Shown piece after piece: positions 61,501 to 64,000 of a stretch of DNA of 64,000 nt (the first letter of the stretch is position 1; every line of letters starts with the position of its first letter). Origin of the DNA: Botryllus schlosseri (taxonomy: Eukaryota); contig CM119378.1 of the NCBI GenBank assembly GCA_051294905.1, positions 1,240,001 through 1,304,000 on the forward strand, given 5' to 3'. The notes under the pieces are model-generated. The model worked only from the letters and a program-made list of their open reading frames with translations. It had not been told where the DNA came from and did not search any database. The translations under genes were made by a program, and so were the position numbers.

Positions 61501-63801
61501 GGAGTGCGCGACCGGGGAAAGCAGGGCTGCGGAGTCGGTAAATTTACCACCGAGCCAAACTCTGACTACGACTCCAACTCCACATATTTTCAATATTCAG
61601 ACTCCCGAGTCTTTAAACGTACCGACTCCGGCTCCGACTCCAACAGTAATACCAATTTACTTCGACAATTATATGCCACAGTACCGGTTAAATGACTATC
61701 ATATTACCATCAAATATATGCAAACATGATTGACGATGGCATGCAAAATTGTTTCATTGTGGCACAGCTCGAATTATTCACTACGCACTTAACATGAAAG
61801 TTTGCCTTCTAAATATCCTTCCTTTCTTCATATTTGATAAACATGGATTCTCTAAGATCCTAATATGCATGAATTGCGCGGGCAACTGGAATGTTGATAT
61901 AACCTTCTGTTGGTCGTCCGATAAGAGCGGACCGAATTAGGTTACATTGAAAACAAGACTTATATTACTACGCTTTAAAATTGATAACAATTATGTCATG
62001 CAACTGTGCAGTGTGCAGTTATGCCCTGGTCGCGCCAAGCGCGAAAATTTTTCAAATGTAAAGAATGAATTCTATCAATAAATATGCTACTCACATATAT
62101 TGGGCTCATTTGGCGAGGACAGGATTATTCGGCGTTTAGACATAGCAATATCGGCGGTTGCGGTGAACATGCCTCTATCATTTTGTTGCAATTTTCTGAT
62201 TTCGAGAATTTCCTCGCATGCCACACAAAACCTTCTCGCGAGCCACGGGATGGCCCCCTGATCCGTGTCGTTATTAATATCGGTGATGGATGGTGCATAA
62301 AAATTCTATTGAAAATATTGTGAAAGCAATTGTTTTCATGATAAAGAAGTTGGAGTTGACGGTCATTTTCACCAACTCCGACTCCGACTCCAGCCACTAT
62401 TGTTTTCACGACTCCATCAAGCGAAAATTAACCAAACTCCGACTGCGACTCCACAGCCCTGGTGGAAAGTCGTCGTCAAGAATAAAAGCATAGATACCGA
62501 ACTTACCAAATGCATTGTCGCGGTGCACAAGGCCCGTGCAGCCGATAAGCGCCACTGTCGTTGTTGTGTATATATAATAGATTTATAATGTCTTCATATA
62601 GCGTGTCTATGACCGTCGTTGAGTACTGCGGTGAAAAGTCGTTGAAATCGAATCTATTCGCAGGTAGCTGTGGTTGAATATGATTTGTTTGGCGATTTTA
62701 ACTCAATGGTTTTGTTCGCCATTTTCACTATAATTGTTCGAATGCATTATATCAATGCGATCGTTGACAGAGTGCAATCTGTGACACCCTTGAAAAGGCG
62801 GATACTTCGCAGAATTTTCGGGTCACGACTCATATATGAGAAGCACGGACCAGCATTTGGCATTTCCTCAACGACCGCTGACGACATCGTAGTCGCAGAT
62901 ACCGGCAACCATCGGATTCAGGTTCGTGGGTTAACTCGTTAGGTTGAGGGTCACTCAGAGATTATGGTCGTCGTGCTTCAAGATCTTCGACGTGAACGGA
63001 CGAGTGAAGGGAGTCTTCGGGAGCGAAGGAACATCGGAAGGTCAATTCGATTTGGTGGCCGACGTGTGTGTGACGCCACGCGGATGTATTGTCGCCTCGG
63101 ACCCGCTCAATGAACGAATCCAAATATTCGACGAACGCGGGAGGTTCGTTCGGACATTCGGTAGCGAAGGATATGGTGAGATTGCGTGACGTACGTCACA
63201 ACCGTCGATGAAGGTGACATCGATTTGGTTCAGAGGGCGGAGAGCTACCCTACCCTTTCGGAGTAGCAACGGACGACAAGGGGCTGATTTACGTTGCTGA
63301 CGAGTACAATCACCGAGTTCATGTCTTCACCGAAAGCGGGCAGCTCGTTCGGAAGATCAATTCGGAGGAAAAGTGTTTGATGAACCCTCGGTATATTTCC
63401 GTGACTCCGAACGGCAGAGTACGTGAGTCGTCAGTGTCATATATATATTCTCGTGATATTTTACCTTTTCGCAGGTCGTTGTCGGAGACTACTGTAGAAA
63501 CAGACTTCAGGTTTTCGACGACTACGGCCGCCATTTGTTCGAGTTGGGAAAGAAAGGAAGGAACGCGTCTCAGTTCAAGGATCCGGAAGGTGTCGCCACA
63601 GATCTCGATGGCAACATTATCGTCTGTGACAGCGGCCACCACCGAGTTCAGGTTTTCACAAACGACGGAACCTTCGTGTCTTGCTTTGGGACCAAGGGTT
63701 CTAAGCCAGGGCAGATGAAGACACCGATAGGAGTTTGCGTTTTGTCAGACGGGGGAATAGCAGTCGGTGACAGTGACAACAGGAGACTCCAAATCTTTTG
63801 A
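55550..63801 (+). CDS. RING-less TRIM-NHL-like protein (degenerate B-box, coiled coil, NHL repeats), about 10 exons
   Basis: Exons 55550-55558 (tentative), 55618-55737, 55795-55896, 55960-56045, 61030-61243, 61301-61449, 62771-62921, 62983-63175, 63234-63418 and 63475-63801, all GT-AG in consistent phase. N-terminus has CNHSDEFLCRSCAAYH. NHL repeats include VADTGNHRIQIF, VADEYNHRVHVF and PEGVATDLDGNIIVCDSGHHRVQVF. Confidence 0.85.
57179..57944 (-). mobile_element. Chapaev3-type (CMC) DNA transposon relic
   Basis: CACTG...CAGTG termini with ~100-bp imperfect TIRs and flanks TTA/TTT. Decayed peptides AGYGKKNKHYIYY and SAIGPIPHSAYPV on the minus strand resemble the Chapaev3 'YPNLPSAIRPVPH' block. 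Confidence 0.7.
58062..58339 (-). mobile_element. tRNA(Cys)-like-derived SINE family 2
   Basis: A-box TAGCGCAGTGG, CT-GCA-AC anticodon-like loop, B-box GGTTCGAGTCC and an (AAAC)n tail. Imperfect 11-bp flanking repeat at 58051-58061 and 58340-58350 (9/11). Confidence 0.75.
58768..59405. mobile_element. hAT MITE (CGCGACCC motifs)
   Basis: TIR CAGTGGTTCTTA / TAAGAACCACTG; no clean TSD. Confidence 0.8.
59707..60199 (-). mobile_element. Penelope-like element (PLE): 5'-truncated copy with inverted pseudo-LTR and 12-bp TSD
   Basis: Minus strand ~60073-59852 encodes SAIGKHLLDNPICANNYRDDRFRFVGRGRSQFHLCALESTFIKIHQPKLCQQKEFVYHLKIVH*, recognised as a PLE GIY-YIG C-terminus. The pLTR is present twice in inverted orientation. 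GATGATATATTT is duplicated at 59695-59706 and 60200-60211, splitting a LINE. Confidence 0.85.
60092..60136 (+). ncRNA. Minimal type I hammerhead ribozyme motif (GAAA mutated to TAAA in this copy)
   Basis: GCC-CTGACGA-GTGTCAGCC-TAAA-ATAT-TC-GGGT inside the PLE pLTR. Confidence 0.6.
61522..62461. mobile_element. Shorter relative of the 27945-29940 composite, in an NHL-gene intron
   Basis: Same TIRs, TSD GGGGAAAG/GTGGAAAG, and retains parts of the inner element. Confidence 0.88.
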
Positions 63802-64000
63802 GCGACGATATATTGTTCTTCGAAGTGGAGACGTTCGAAATACCGGTCATGTGATGTGTCAGACACAGCGATCGGAAAAGAAAGCTGTCGAACAGTTATA
63901 TAAGTTTATTTGCCATATATTGAGATCCTAAAAAGAGGACACTTTCAATAAATTCCGAAAGCTGCAGCACCGGACAGGAAAACTGGTGCTTCTGCAAAAA

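Overview
AT-rich invertebrate animal DNA, most likely an ascidian tunicate. This is an inference from the chordate-like proteins, the 56-68 nt introns and the co-oriented, mostly single-exon genes. Six genes lie on the minus strand: UBE2Q-like, LMO7/LIMCH1-like, LRRC73, IFT27, COA6 and WDR54. One divergently oriented B-box/coiled-coil/NHL gene lies on the plus strand. Much of the remainder is nested transposon sequence: many hAT MITE families with 8-bp TSDs, a Chapaev3 relic, two CR1/L2-clade LINE families, two tRNA-derived SINE families and a Penelope-like element family. Top leads are: (1) five Penelope terminal-repeat copies whose consensus is a minimal type I hammerhead ribozyme with a predicted 6-bp pseudoknot; (2) a SINE and a LINE sharing a 3' stem-loop and (CT)n tail; (3) a candidate RFX-driven LRRC73-IFT27-COA6-WDR54 operon; (4) an LMO7-like protein without CH or LIM domains that carries an ActA-like EVH1 motif. 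All coordinates were read by eye; no searches were run.
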